Assembly (NCBI GenBank): GCA_047495785.1
Contig: JBLDXI010000015.1
Span: 1,488,001 to 1,552,000 of the forward strand
Direction of reading: 5' to 3'
Length of the DNA: 64,000 nt
Source: Lepidodermella squamata
Lineage: Eukaryota > Animalia > Gastrotricha
Positions 50,230-62,277 of the stretch are shown here, piece after piece; the first letter of the stretch is position 1; each line of letters starts with the position of its first letter. The translations under genes were made by a program, and so were the position numbers. The notes beneath the pieces are model-generated. The model was not told where the DNA came from. It saw nothing but the letters and a program-made list of their open reading frames with translations, and ran no database searches.

Positions 50230-53200
50230 ATGTTGAATTTGTTTCGAAGAATCCCGAGAGCGACGCGGTTGGTGGCCTTGAGTACTCAGGCGAATGCGGC
50301 TCCAGCTGCTGCTGCAGCGCAACCTGCCCAGCAGCCGCCTATTGCCTTCAGAACATCTCTGTCGAATCCGGTATATATGATTTTTCAAGTTTGGAAAAGG
50401 AAAAGTACCAGTAAAATGCTGGGGTAGCTCATCATTCTCATTAATACCTCAAAGATCGAAGAAGAGGATTATATCGATTTCAAAAACCCATGGCTATCGA
50501 GAAATTCGATCTGAGCAAATTCGGAAAAATCTAAAATTATTAGTTCGATTAAAAGCATGGAATTAAGTAAAAATTCCTCATGGATTCGAGGGGGGCGGGT
50601 TTTTTACTTAGAAAAATTGAAAAATGAGTTCAAAATTTGAGCTGGAAATTTAGTTCTTAAGAGCGTTTCAACAGTTAACAGGAATCGAAATTTTGACATT
50701 GATTGGAAATAAGCGAGAGTATTTCTTGATTCGTATTATTTTACAGAGTGATCACAATTTGGAACACGAAGGCCTGTACTATTCGATACCAGACGCTCAC
50801 CTCGGCGCTTTGTTCAGCATGCCAACTGGCAAAGAAAGCGGCATTGCGGCTGCGGTTCGTGAGCAGTGGAAAACCTTCGGCGAGGCGTGTCTTATGGTTC
50901 GCCGGCCGGCGCTTCAAGTTGTCGATTACCTCAAAACCACCGACTGGACCCAGCCGCCTAATTGCTTCATGTTCTGTAAGTTTTATGCGATCCGCGCGGC
51001 TAAATTCATTTGCCAAGCGAAAAATAGCATTCATTTTACAAAAATTGTGAAAATATAAAGTTTGATTTTTAACTTGGTTTTCGAGAGTTCAAGCGAAAAA
51101 TTGACGCGTATAAGCAAATTCGACAACGTTTTAACACTCGCGGGTGTCATCTTCAAGTTTCATATCAAGTATAAATTATTTGAGTCGAGAATGAAGAAAG
51201 TTGATGGTCCAGTTGTTCGGAAAACCTTCCGACAATTAAGGCCAATTTTTGGCAAAAAGTCGGTAAAATGTTTACAAAAACACGTCATTTTATTTATTTA
51301 ACAACAGAGAAATGTTTCAAGCTATTTATAGTGTAGAATAATGTCATAAATTCCATGGAAACTGCGGGGGCTAATACTAGCGCGCCACACGCCAGTACTC
51401 GTCGTAGCGAGACTTTAACTTTCGCTTCAGGACCAATCCAATTTGACGAGGCTGATCGCCGGTCTATGCCGGTCACAAAGATATCAGACTTTGATGCCAT
51501 CCATCAAAATCGAAATTAAACAGGAATAATCAGAAAATCAAAATCACGGTGTAAAAAAATTTCGGATTAGACATGATTAGACAAGATCTGACATGACGAG
51601 GCTGATCGCCGGTCTATGCCGGTCACAAAGATATCAGACTTAGATGCCATCCATCAAAATCGAATTGGATCGCCCGAGGCAGGTCGATTGTTGATGATGC
51701 GCACGTGGTCATGAAGAAGTTGAGCGGTTTGCAAAAGCCGGCGGCGACCTTGTCGGCGGTAGCCAGCGCAGTGCCGCGGCAGTCGACGATAGGCCGGATC
51801 TTCAACAGGCCGTCGGTGTCGTTGGGCGTGTGGACCTTGGGGAGGAAATAGATGTGGCGCACTCGGGTTGGCACTAGGTCGAGGTCGCGTAGCAGCTTGC
51901 GTTGCGCTGCCGTGCCGGACTTCTTGACCAGTTCGACCAGCGCTGTCATCGCGTCCAGTCCGGCCGCTTCTTCCTGTTCTTCGGCGACGACGTAGTTGGC
52001 GGTTGAGAGGTGCTTCAGCGCCATCTTTCGATAGTCTGGCTTCGGCATGAACACGAGGGCTGCGCCTTTGTCCGGATAGTCCAGTTGTTCGGAAAATCTC
52101 AAGGTTCGGAAAACCTTCCGACAATTGAGGCCAATTTTCGGCAAAAAGTTGGAAGATGAAATTTATTCATAAAAACACGTCATTTTATTTATTTAACAAC
52201 AGAGAAATGTTTCAAGCTATTTATAATGTATAATAATGTCATAAATTTCATGGAAACTGCGGGGGGCTAATACTAGCGCGCCACACGCCAGTACTCGTCG
52301 AGACTTTAACTCAAGCCGTAATAGTAGTGGTCAGCGCCTGCGCGCAGGGCAATAAATCCGATTTTGCGGCATTTAGTATCCCCCGGGCACCCCCACCAGC
52401 CGTCAGGTTGCAGGATATAAATCACCTTGTACTTGTTCATCATGGCGAAATCCTGACAGTCTCGCCACCGACCCAATTTTTGTCTGCCCGATTTCTTTAG
52501 CTGTTAATACTTTCTTTTATCAATCATAAAGTTGAATGGTAGCTATACTTACCATATTCCAGTTGTTGCATGCCTGTCCGAATGCGCTGTCTCTATATTA
52601 GGCAGCAAATTGGCTGAAATATATAGAGTTTTCCAGGACTTGGAAAAGCGAGAAGCTCCAAGCTGTGGATGTTTTTATAGTTGTCGAAAGCACTAGCTGC
52701 GCCTTATGGACATTTGAAAACAACGTGTTTGCCATCGATAGCTCCAACGCAATTCGGAAAATTTCACTGTTCCCAGAACACGCCTACGATGTGACGCCAG
52801 GTGCAGTGGTTCATTAGCTTAAATGAACCCTAGCATTACCTGATGAATTTTTTGCTCTGGCCTGCAGGCTTGGAGGCAAAATTTTCAGTTGGGCCTTCCC
52901 GAACAACACTTCGGCGGAGTCTTCCTCGTCGTACATGTTTATTAATTTCGATGTAAATGGCGACAATTCGGCGTTTCCGTGACTGGTCGTTCGTATACTA
53001 GAGATTGACGGCCGATTCCCAGTCACTCGGCTTTAGCTACTTGGTTGGGTTTTGCGGGCGTTAGGCTAGGTGTAGTTTTGACGTTTTCAGCAGTGGGTGA
53101 AAAGACATCATCTTCAAATTCAGCCTGAGTTGAATCAGTTTCGAACCCTTCGGCAGAATATGAAACCTGTGGCTCGTCGAAGTTGACTTGAACCTCAGTC

Positions 53201-56200
53201 TTGTCCTGATTTTCCTCAAGAATCGCATTTCGCCTGCATGAACTCGAGCGCAGTTGTAGCCCGAGCCCAATTGGGCTTTTTTCCTACAATTTTCGCTGTA
53301 GTATTTGCGCTTTTTGCCTCAACGATTTTTCACAACCGCTTCCAGGCAACCGAGTAAAGCACCTATTTCGACCCCGGTCTCACTTTGCAAATCAGTTGAA
53401 GCTGTGGAGATCGGTACTGCGGCGACGGGCGGCTCACCTATATTTATATTGCCTTTCTTCGCTTTACTGGTTTTACGCTTGACTGGTCTAGAAGATGCCT
53501 TGACATGCTTATCGGCGACAGCATGTTCGATAGTAGCGTGGGGAAGACGATTAGAATCGATTAATTTTTCAGTTCGTCCTCGTTCACTTGAGTTGATTTC
53601 GGCCGGTTTATTAGTAACATAAACTTGAAAAAATGAGTAAATTTAAAATACTCATCCCCGAACAAAAAAAGAAATATTAAGTGATAGCATCCGTATGAAC
53701 CTAGAATAAGAAATTACGATTTCCAAAACGTTGAATTATCCAATATCACCAATGTCATATCAATTTAATCTTTCTTAGATGGCCCAGAAGGCTCTGGAAA
53801 GCAGATGTCAATGGCCCACGTGCTACACCACGGTTTGATCCAGAAAATGCTCATCGTCCACATTCCTTTCGGTAATTTCAATAAATCCACCTTGAATTTT
53901 TTTGCATTGCAATTTTTCTCTCAAGTTCGAGCTTGGATTAGCCCGTTGTACACTGGCGTGAAAATGCATTCTTCATGGAAAGAACACCGAGTCGACCTAG
54001 CCTCTGAGGGCGTCAACGTGCTAACGCGATTTAAGCAGCAAAACGCGGGATTCCTCGCTGAACACAAGCCGAAAATTGAAAATACATACAAATGGACGCA
54101 GCGTGAAGACGCGCCGGCCGGCACAACCTTCACCGACCTCATCGATTTCGGCATTCGCCGGTCGAAATTTTCGTGCGATGTAGTCGGCGCGTTGCTCAAA
54201 GAAATCAAACTTCAAAGCGCGAAAAATAACTGGAAAGTTCTAGTCCTAGCCGGTGCTGTCAACTCAGCCTGGGAACAGCCTGGTTTTTTGATGGACCGGA
54301 AACCAGTTCAGGCTGAAAATATCAGTTTAATTCATCATTTGAAGAAGTTACTGCGGCGAGATTGGACGAATGCGGTTTTCGTGACGTCTGTCTGCCCGCG
54401 GGGTACGGTTGATGTGACAAAGCGCGTGTCTCACATGCCGAAATATTTGCTGTCCGATGCGGGTTTCGAGCACATGGACCCGTTTGTTCCGGTTCTTGTG
54501 CCGAATTATTCTGAGAAGGAGGCGATTTCAGCTGTCAATTACTACATCGATCAGCGATGGATTCTTCGACCCAACGGTAATTAGAAAATTTCAGAAAACC
54601 CGTGGTTGCTATCTGAGTAATCTAATTCAGGGAAAAAGGATCGAAATTTACAAAAATTTTAGCAAACAATGTCAAGAAATCTTATTTTTGGCGATGTGAA
54701 ATTTTTTGGGTCGTTATATTGGTACATCAATTCTCCTACAGCGTCTGAGAGATGTTAATCTCTATAGTGTTACGGCATGAGTAATATCCTCATCGCGTCA
54801 TCATCCCAACCACCCGACCCTATGGGGTCCAATCTCCATTTCGTGTCGACTTGACTGCGACAATGTTTCAATTAGAGTCAACCTATCGCTCTGCTGAGAT
54901 GCCATCAGTTTTAGATCGCTCGTCAAATCTGTTGCACCTACAGTGCCAATAAAAAGTCTTGTCAAGCCGAAACATTTTAAGCAACCGGGCTTAAAGCAAT
55001 TTGAAATTGTTGCCCTTTTTCATTCTCGCGAGTAAAAATAAGATTTACGCCATTCAAAATTATTAGCAAAAAAACAATGGTGGGTTCAGCGTGTTAGGGT
55101 AAGGTAACCTAATTCTGCATAAAAAATTTCCACTTTTTTCAAACGCCTGGCATTCCATAACCATGAGGTTCTCCGGGCTCAAATTTTGACCATAAATAGT
55201 CAGAACCCATTCCAGTGAGCTCACAAAATTTCAAAGTCAATTCCTCACCGTTAGGGATTAGGGAGCCACCGTTGCTGAAAGTCAAAAAAGGCAAAAATTT
55301 AAATTCGCCCGAGGGTGCCAAAAATCTGCATAAAAGCTTCACTTCTGAACTGCTGCTGTTTATATATGTAAAAATCGGCGCGATTTTTACATTTGTGTAT
55401 AACCCTGGTCTCTTCAGGGTACTTCGTATCGTTTAAACTGTTTGGGGGTTTCCTTGAATTGTCACCTTGAATTGACGAAGAATTGTCGCTAGTTTTGGAA
55501 CGATATGAAGTTTTATTAAGCAATCAGGAATGTAAAATGTAACTCGAAAAGAATTGTAAGTCGAGTTTAATCGCTTTTCCGAAGAAGATGAGGGTTGTTG
55601 ATGATTTGAGAGGCTTCGTCTCGAAGGCGATTTACTCATCCCTGGCGAGTACTTCGTGAATAGTAAGCAGTGGCTCAGTCGTGAATTCACCTCTGCAATA
55701 AGTTGATTAAAAGGAAAAGCCGGAATTGCCGCCTCCTCGAACATGGTTAAACCGAAGCCGTCATCAAGAATCGCTTCTGTATCAATAAGACGAACAGGGG
55801 CTATCGGATTTTCAGTCACTGAAGTCATCTCAGGAGTGACAATGACCACCGGCATTGCCGTTTAGTGGAGGTCTCGGATAACTTGAGACCCCTGAGTAGT
55901 TGCGATCTTGGAGACGACGATTTTTTGGAAGTTTGCGCCAGCATTTTGAGCCTTAAGTATTGCAAGTTGAGATCAATGGCAAATTTACGAGGATACGAGG
56001 ATCATTATAAATGGATGACCAGAATACATATCAAAATATTGAGTGCGAGAATGTTGGCTCAAATTTTTACTTTTACTCCGGTTTCCCGGTTATTTTGCTG
56101 ATTATTTACTTATGTTCTGTTTATTTTTGTAGCTCGGACTGATAACGGGAAACGAGAGCTGATCAGCCTTAGCTGTCACAATCCAGCCGAGCTGAACCGC

Positions 56201-56218
56201 CTAGCGTCGGTGCTGTGA
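50230..56218 (+). CDS. DAP3: Mitochondrial small ribosomal protein mS29/DAP3; exons 50230-50370, 50746-50975, 53779-53871, 53926-54577, 56133-56218
   Basis: Mitochondrial-transit-like N-terminus, FRTS..NP.DH..EHEGLYY, TFGEACLMVRRPAL, P-loop GPEGSGK, GFEHMDPFVPV.VPNYSEKE and ELISLSCHNP. Confidence 0.92.
51208..52311 (-). mobile_element. Penelope-like RT fragment (51665-52080) flanked by ~210-bp direct repeats, in DAP3 intron 2
   Basis: DKG...YFLPKVH...IRPIV motifs typical of the Penelope RT N-terminus. Direct repeats 51208-51421/52080-52311 and 51446-51514/51595-51664. Confidence 0.75.
52560..53345 (-). mobile_element. Decayed PIF/Harbinger transposon (MADF-BESS ORF plus DDE transposase pieces)
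   Basis: FWEQ*NFPNCVGAIDGKHV (Harbinger transposase) at ~52785-52725; VKNR*GKKRKYY...GSG...EMRFL (MADF end); DEEDSAEVLFGK..LK.LP..LQARAK (BESS-like). Confidence 0.75.
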
Positions 56219-56234
56219 AAATGCCGAACTCCGG

Positions 56235-56645
56235 CTGCTCAATAGCCTGTAATATGGTGCCAAAATATGAATCGTACGAGGCTGTGGGCGAAATTTCTCT
56301 AGCAAAATGAGGCAATGTTTTGCGAAGTCTGGCAATGAATTCTGCGAATATTTGGTCATTTTACAACCCGTGAAATTTCGCCCATTAATGCCCTAGTTGT
56401 GATTTTTAAATAAAATACACCGATATGCGTTGATTCGCTTCCCTTTTTATTGTTGTGATTGAAACTGCATTAATTGAAAGTTACTGCAGTATTGGCCGCC
56501 GATAAAAACGGAACGGCGTAAACCGGCGTCTGTGCTCAATAGGATAGTAAAAAATGGTGCCAAAATGTTGATAGAATCAATCAGAGTGTGAGCACAATTT
56601 CACATGGGAAATTAGAAGAAAGCGATCCGGTCATTTTACATTTTA
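56235..56645. repeat. Old degenerate tandem duplication (~295-bp period) in the DAP3 3' region
   Basis: tgctcaatag...atggtgccaaaat...ggtcattttaca occurs twice. Confidence 0.45.
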
Positions 56646-58372
56646 TTGGCGGAGTTCCTTACAATTTTAGTTGCAATTGTGAGAGTCAGCGTTCTTATGA
56701 ACCATCCTAGTCGTGTTTAAATTTTGCCTTGCGGGCGAGATAGATCACGCTTGGCTACAAATAACTGCCAGATGAATCGTTAAGGTGCTCACCAAAAATA
56801 TCGACCCCCTGTTTTTTAAGGGAATCTTGTTTAGCACCTTCGAAAACTCCTAGATGTCAATCTCTCGGAGTTTCTAACCCTTTATTTACCTGCTGACACG
56901 GCTTTGAAAGAATTATACTACAAAATGCCATGCTTTGGACGAATACCTTTTTCTTTTTTCCGATTGATGAATTTCTGCCCGTTTTCTTCCAGAGACGATC
57001 TGCTGGGCCTTAACGACGAGTAATTTCATTCTACCCCATTGATTCAGTAGACTTTAGCCCAAGTTACGCATTTTCAATTTTCGATAATTTAGTACCATCG
57101 CATAGCCCATGAAATTCTGAGTATACCATCTCATTTTTATTATGGCTGTTTGGATACTTCCTGGGTAAGCTATGAGTAAATGCGACGATATTTGTAGTGT
57201 AAAAGTGGCTATTATAACGCAACAGAAAAAGTGAAGCATCCACGTCAACACTCAAACAATCATCGGTATTCGGTATGGCGTCAAATAAATTCTTCAAGTT
57301 TCTGCGAAGCCAGCATCACCGCGCCCCTCAAGCATAGCAAGCATTGACTGTAAACGTTGTGCGCGCCCCGCCGAGGTTCTGTAGCGCATATTTAGTCGCG
57401 GAGGCTGTATTGCAACATTGCTGGAGAAGATCTCTCTCCGGAGAAGGCTATCGAAAGAAGAACACCATTTAAGATTTTCAATCAAGCTAGAAAGATATAA
57501 TTACCGATCGTGTAGCCGTTGACGAGGTCTTTGCATTCGGAAACTCAACACAATGGTTTTGCGCTGACCATGGGAGAATTTGGCCGCCGGCATAGCAGAG
57601 TGACACAGGGGAGGAGAAAGCTAACAGGCTTGAATAGACGATAGTAGAAGTAGGCGACGCTTTTAGCGAAGCACAACATAGATCGAAGCTCGCATATTCA
57701 CCAGTCGTCGTAGCCTGAAATTATTCGGTCTCATGTTAAACGTTCTTAGGTTGACGTCTGAAACTCCACTTTAAGGAATATGTAATTTTTCTTCTATTTC
57801 TCATTTCTAAATTATATGTAACTCAATTGCAATATAACAATTAGTATAACACATGGGCCTCGGTGAATTATTCGCGACATGGCAGATGGCAGACCATGGG
57901 TTAATTGATATAGACCACCGATGCCGCCAGACAGGGTTGACAGGTGCGCAATACATAGAATTCCAAATTTTGAATTATATTAGGGTGCAATAAATTCTGC
58001 TTGTTCGCAGAAAAGTTTACGAATTTTGGAAATTTTGGGAAAGTTTTGCACGAGAACCCCTACTGAATTTTATTCTGGTACTTATGCCGCCTAGTTATTC
58101 TAAAGTAGCCCTTTGACATCAGCGTGCGCGGTCCAACATTTGTAAAAAAAAGACTTTGCCAGTGCGCGCGCGATGACGGCAATAAATGATGAGCGCGCAT
58201 TTTCGTTACCTGCCGTTTCGTCTGTTTGCTGCGTACAATTTAATGATGGGTCCTCGCATAAGTCGGATCTTAGTAATTATAATGCATTTGTCATGATTAT
58301 CTCCACATCATCGGTGGTTTATAAAGCTATAAAGCTATAAAGCAAATACATGATTATCGCTGGATTATCATT

Positions 58373-58827
58373 TTAAGTGCTTACCCCCGTACTAAAAAGC
58401 GAACAGGTGCCCGAACTGAGGCACAGAGTTGTGTCTGCGTAAAGCCAGGGAGCATTATTGGTATTCGAAATGGGGAGAAAACATTTTTTGAACTGAAAAT
58501 ACACAGAATCATCAGTAAGCTTAGATACCAAATGAGCAGCTATTATAATACCGAGCCAATGGTTTGACATGTCTTGGTGGAGTCGGTTGTTCCATCTGGG
58601 CTCGACTTGGGGCAGTATTCTGCCGATTTGGCGCCGCAAAAGTTGGTCGTCGTGTCACAGGCTGTGCCGCTTTGACAGCTTTTCCCGTCGGGACACGTAG
58701 CTGTGGATGATGAGCATGGGGCACACGTGGTAGTCGCTGCTGCAGTGGACGTTGTCGAAGGTGGGCAGCATCTTGCAAGAGAGGCAGTCAGTGCAACGAA
58801 AACAAAGATGCTATGAAAGTTGGTCAT
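58373..58827 (-). CDS. Small secreted Cys/Thr-rich protein; exons 58827-58551 and 58492-58373 (may splice further)
   Basis: Signal peptide MTNFHSIFVFVALTASLARC, about 14 Cys, phase-0 GT...TTTCAG intron, upstream TATAAAA. Confidence 0.65.
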
Positions 58828-58890
58828 TTTTGGTTTGTCGAAGGGAAAGTGAAAAAGACAAGTACAAAATTCATTACTGATAATCAGTCA

Positions 58891-58897
58891 TTTTATA
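58891..58897 (-). promoter_or_regulatory. TATA box (GGCTATAAAA) upstream of the Cys-rich gene
   Basis: TATAAAA lies ~65 nt upstream of the ATG; the lectin gene has the same GGCTATAAA context. Confidence 0.45.
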
Positions 58898-59499
58898 GCC
58901 GAAAACCTAATTACATGCTCGACGCTAATTACATGCTCGACGTAGGTGGGGGACAATGCATCACGCGCATCAGACTAGTGTCGACCTAAACTTCGGTAGA
59001 TACCTCAGATATATGACCGATATCAACGCTTACGATCAATGCTGTCCCATATATGAGCAGCAGCACCTCATTAAGATAAAAACTTGAAAATAGCGGCGAT
59101 TTTCATGGTAATAGCAACCAGCCTGTGACTGGAGGAGCTTCTCGGTTGATACGGCATCAGCAAAGAATTTTCCACCTAGGTTCATTAAAAAGAAAAAAAT
59201 CCCTTATCACGCACTTGATCAAGGTGCAATTAACAAACTCTTGCTGTAGCCTCTTTTGTCTCTTAAAAACACGTGTAAACCTGAAACAAAAGCAATCTCT
59301 AGCCCCTGGGCTATTAAACAAATTATCATGATAAAGTAATTATCACGAACATCAACGCGGCAACCCACTCGTCGGGTTAAGCCTCATTTTCTTGAAGGTT
59401 GTTAATGCATAATGATGTTATGTCGAGCACGGCATAAGAAAGATTTCTCTGTATTAAACAACTTGTACCCTTCTTTTACCCACTCGAAAAAAATCAAAC

Positions 59500-60320
59500 C
59501 GAGAAATAACGACTATATTGCCGCCACCGGATGCCAAAATTCTCGGCATCTCCTCTCGAACAACCCGTACGCCTTTCGTGAGCACAGGTCATCAGCCGAC
59601 GTTCCAGTTCGAATCGCCTAGGCCCGGGCGGACAAGCCGACGAAGATTATCGTTATTGGTCTCGATGTGAAGGCCGCCTATGATTCGGTTTGGCACGCTG
59701 GCTTGGTCCATAAGCTCCTCATTAGGTGGCGATTGGATTACTTGTGCTATCCAGGCTCTTGTTGCCAGTTTCCTTACAGTCGGCAGGTCCGGTTGAATTG
59801 GAGTTTTCCGCAAGGGGCCCTGCAGTTTCCCCTCACCATCTATACCAGCGACCTGTCCTCCTCACACCGAGTGCACCTGAGACTTCCCTGGGCGCCTATG
59901 CTGACGACGATCCGCGGGCGCTACCTTATAGTCGAGTCTAAGACGGACGCCAAGAACGCGGTCGATCGCCTGGATCAGCCTTTGGCGCTAGCAATTCAAT
60001 TCCTTTAAATCGAGGTCATCGCTTTCTCTCGCCAGCCCCTGGTCATTCGACTCGAACTAGGCGACACCACCATTCCACTGTTGACTGCGCTGCGCATCCG
60101 TGGTCTCATTTTCGATGACAAACTCACTTGGAAGCCTCACATTGGCCACATATACTTCAACGGTTTGGGCGAAATTTGTCGTGGTTTCACACGTGGTCAT
60201 GCGCCGTCCGGAGCCACACCTTCTATTAACTATTAAAGATTGTCGGGCCCCGAGTCCCAAACGCGACCGTTCGCGATCGATCATGCCAGAATAATACTCC
60301 GAATAAACTTGATTTAAGCA
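59500..60320 (+). mobile_element. Degenerate non-LTR retrotransposon (Jockey/I-like RT) 3' fragment
   Basis: AFREHRS, LDVKAAYDSVWH, PQG and YADD motifs across frameshifts; aataaacttgattt 3' end. Confidence 0.8.
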
Positions 60321-60620
60321 AATTGATTAAGTATTGATTCTCGAAACGTCATTTTGGAACCCTTTGATTTCCAGTCAACCGGAATTACTCTAAAATTGTT
60401 ACCCCCAATAGCGCCTTGAAAAACTATTAAAATGATAAAAATTAACCTGGTCGCTCAACAAGTTAGATTTTCTCTTTTTCTCAATTTAAGATTCTTTTTC
60501 TGCAGGTTTTCACGCTTTAGATTTTTTCGAAAAAATAACATTTATTTCAGAATAATTTTGAAAACCTAATCCCTAATCCGATATGGTTAATTGTTGATAT
60601 TATACTAATTTTTAAGTAGG

Positions 60621-60686
60621 TGACAGTTTCTACTGCAGTAGGAGCGGGCGGTAAAAACGCAACGGCGTGAACCGGGGTCTGCGCGG
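60621..60686 (-). pseudogene. Short duplicate of the C-terminal tail of the GPCR at 62987-63451
   Basis: AQTPVHAVAFLPPAPTAVETV versus AQTPVHAVPFLPPAPTAVETV (63016-63081); shared tatactaattttta flank. Confidence 0.8.
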
Positions 60687-60886
60687 TCCGAAGTCTACTG
60701 TTCTCGCACTTCCCAGGACCAAAACGCAAAGCGAAAATGTATGCCGGTCAATAAACTTTATTTCACAAATACTAATATCGTCAATTTTTACCCTATTCGT
60801 AGTAACATTTCCTAATAATCATAATTTTAATGTTTTTGATGTCATCAAAGAAAGTCATCATTTAGAAGAGAAGGTCATCGCTTGAT

Positions 60887-62205
60887 TCACGGGCCGTAGC
60901 AAAGGGCACCTTGAGCCAGAGCTGAACACGGAGCATCGTTCAAGTAAAGCCGATCAGGATACTCACTCGAAACGCCGTAGGGTATGTAAGCGCCACACTG
61001 CCCGTCTTGGCTAGGCTCATCTGGGCCCCATTGATATGGGAAGTCTTCGAAAGGTTGGCCATCAATCCATGCCCAAGTGTTCGCCGCATTTTGCCGCAAG
61101 CCAATCCACACTGTTTCGAGGGTCTGGTTGATCATCGCAGCTCGCGTAACGTCCTGTTCGAAAGCGGAGCGCACTTTCGCAAGCATAGCGTTGTTGCCCC
61201 GGCAAACGCTGCTAGCCGCGTCCCAAGTCAGCAACCCTGGTACCGGTACTGCGTAGATCCTCAGTGTCAAGCTTTCGCACTCCTGCTGCGTTTTGAAAAA
61301 GCTGCTTAGCGGGAATTGGTACTCGGTCGAAATGCAGCCTGACGCCGCTTTGCGGCACGCAGCAGGGCCGGTGTAATTAACGCAGCGAATGTACGAGTCC
61401 TGCCGAAAAACAATGGCGAAAATAAATGTTCTTTAATTGAAAGCCGGTAAAAGATCATTTTGCACTAGAAATTGGACCAATCTAAAACCTTTTTACACCT
61501 TTAAATTTCCGAGATTTTCTATTGCTACGCTAGAACTGTTTCGCACACAAAAAGAACGTAGTGTCGTTTAGCGATTATTTCGGGAGATGTATCATCGAGA
61601 GGGGCAGACTTACAGGTATCGGCGACGGGGGATCAATGAAGGATTCGCAAATGGCACCATCGGCTGAATATTCACATGGCGCGTCGTTCAACTTGAGATT
61701 GTTTGGGTAGTCACCGGTGTAAGGAATGAGAGCACCGCACGTTCCATCGCCACTTGGCACTTGGCTCACCAGGGCCCCAAATTGGATCCCCGGTTAAAAG
61801 CTGCACGCCGTCAATCCAACTCCAAGTTGACATTGATATGTATCTGACGCCGACCCATGCCGTATTGAGCTGGTTGCTGCTCATCAGCGCTTGAACAGCA
61901 GCTAGCTCGGAGTCGTTTTTCATCGTTGCAAGTTCACCCAACGCCTGCTGGCATAGAAATGCGGCGCCCGGCTTCGTTAGCTGCTGCGGGTTTTTAATCA
62001 CAGTGAAACGTTTCCTCGCCGTCGTGCACAGGTTTTTCGTAGCGAAAGTGTAGGCGGCTGGAAATTGAACCCAACCAGAGGGACAACTTGTCGACAGGCA
62101 ATTAACAGTGCCATTAGTTGTCATCGCAACACAGCGACGCCAGGCGCCATTCGCAGATCCGTAAAAAATGGTAGCGATGAAAATGTAAGTGGAAATGAAA
62201 TTCAT
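60887..62205 (-). pseudogene. Secreted two-domain C-type lectin, frameshifted by a 7-bp duplication; exons 62205-61614 and 61399-60887
   Basis: Signal peptide and two CTLDs (AWVG/VWIG, WSWIDG/WAWIDG, WGP.EPS, LNDAPC). cacttgg is duplicated at 61751-61764. Confidence 0.8.
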
Positions 62206-62271
62206 TTTAATCGTCAGGATAATTAATGTTGAGAAAAGCTTGGAATGAATAATAACCTGTACAACGCAGAA

Positions 62272-62277
62272 TTTATA
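62272..62277 (-). promoter_or_regulatory. TATA box upstream of the lectin gene
   Basis: GGCTATAAA with a TCATT initiator-like motif ~30 nt downstream. Confidence 0.5.

Noticed and set aside
51208-51664. Hammerhead ribozyme in the Penelope-associated repeats
   Set aside because: No CTGANGA...GAAA core was found by eye on either strand.
55433-57485. Minus-strand ORFs (140 aa in the DAP3 intron; short ORFs at 57054-57485)
   Set aside because: No recognisable motifs or consistent splice structure; probably decayed TE sequence.
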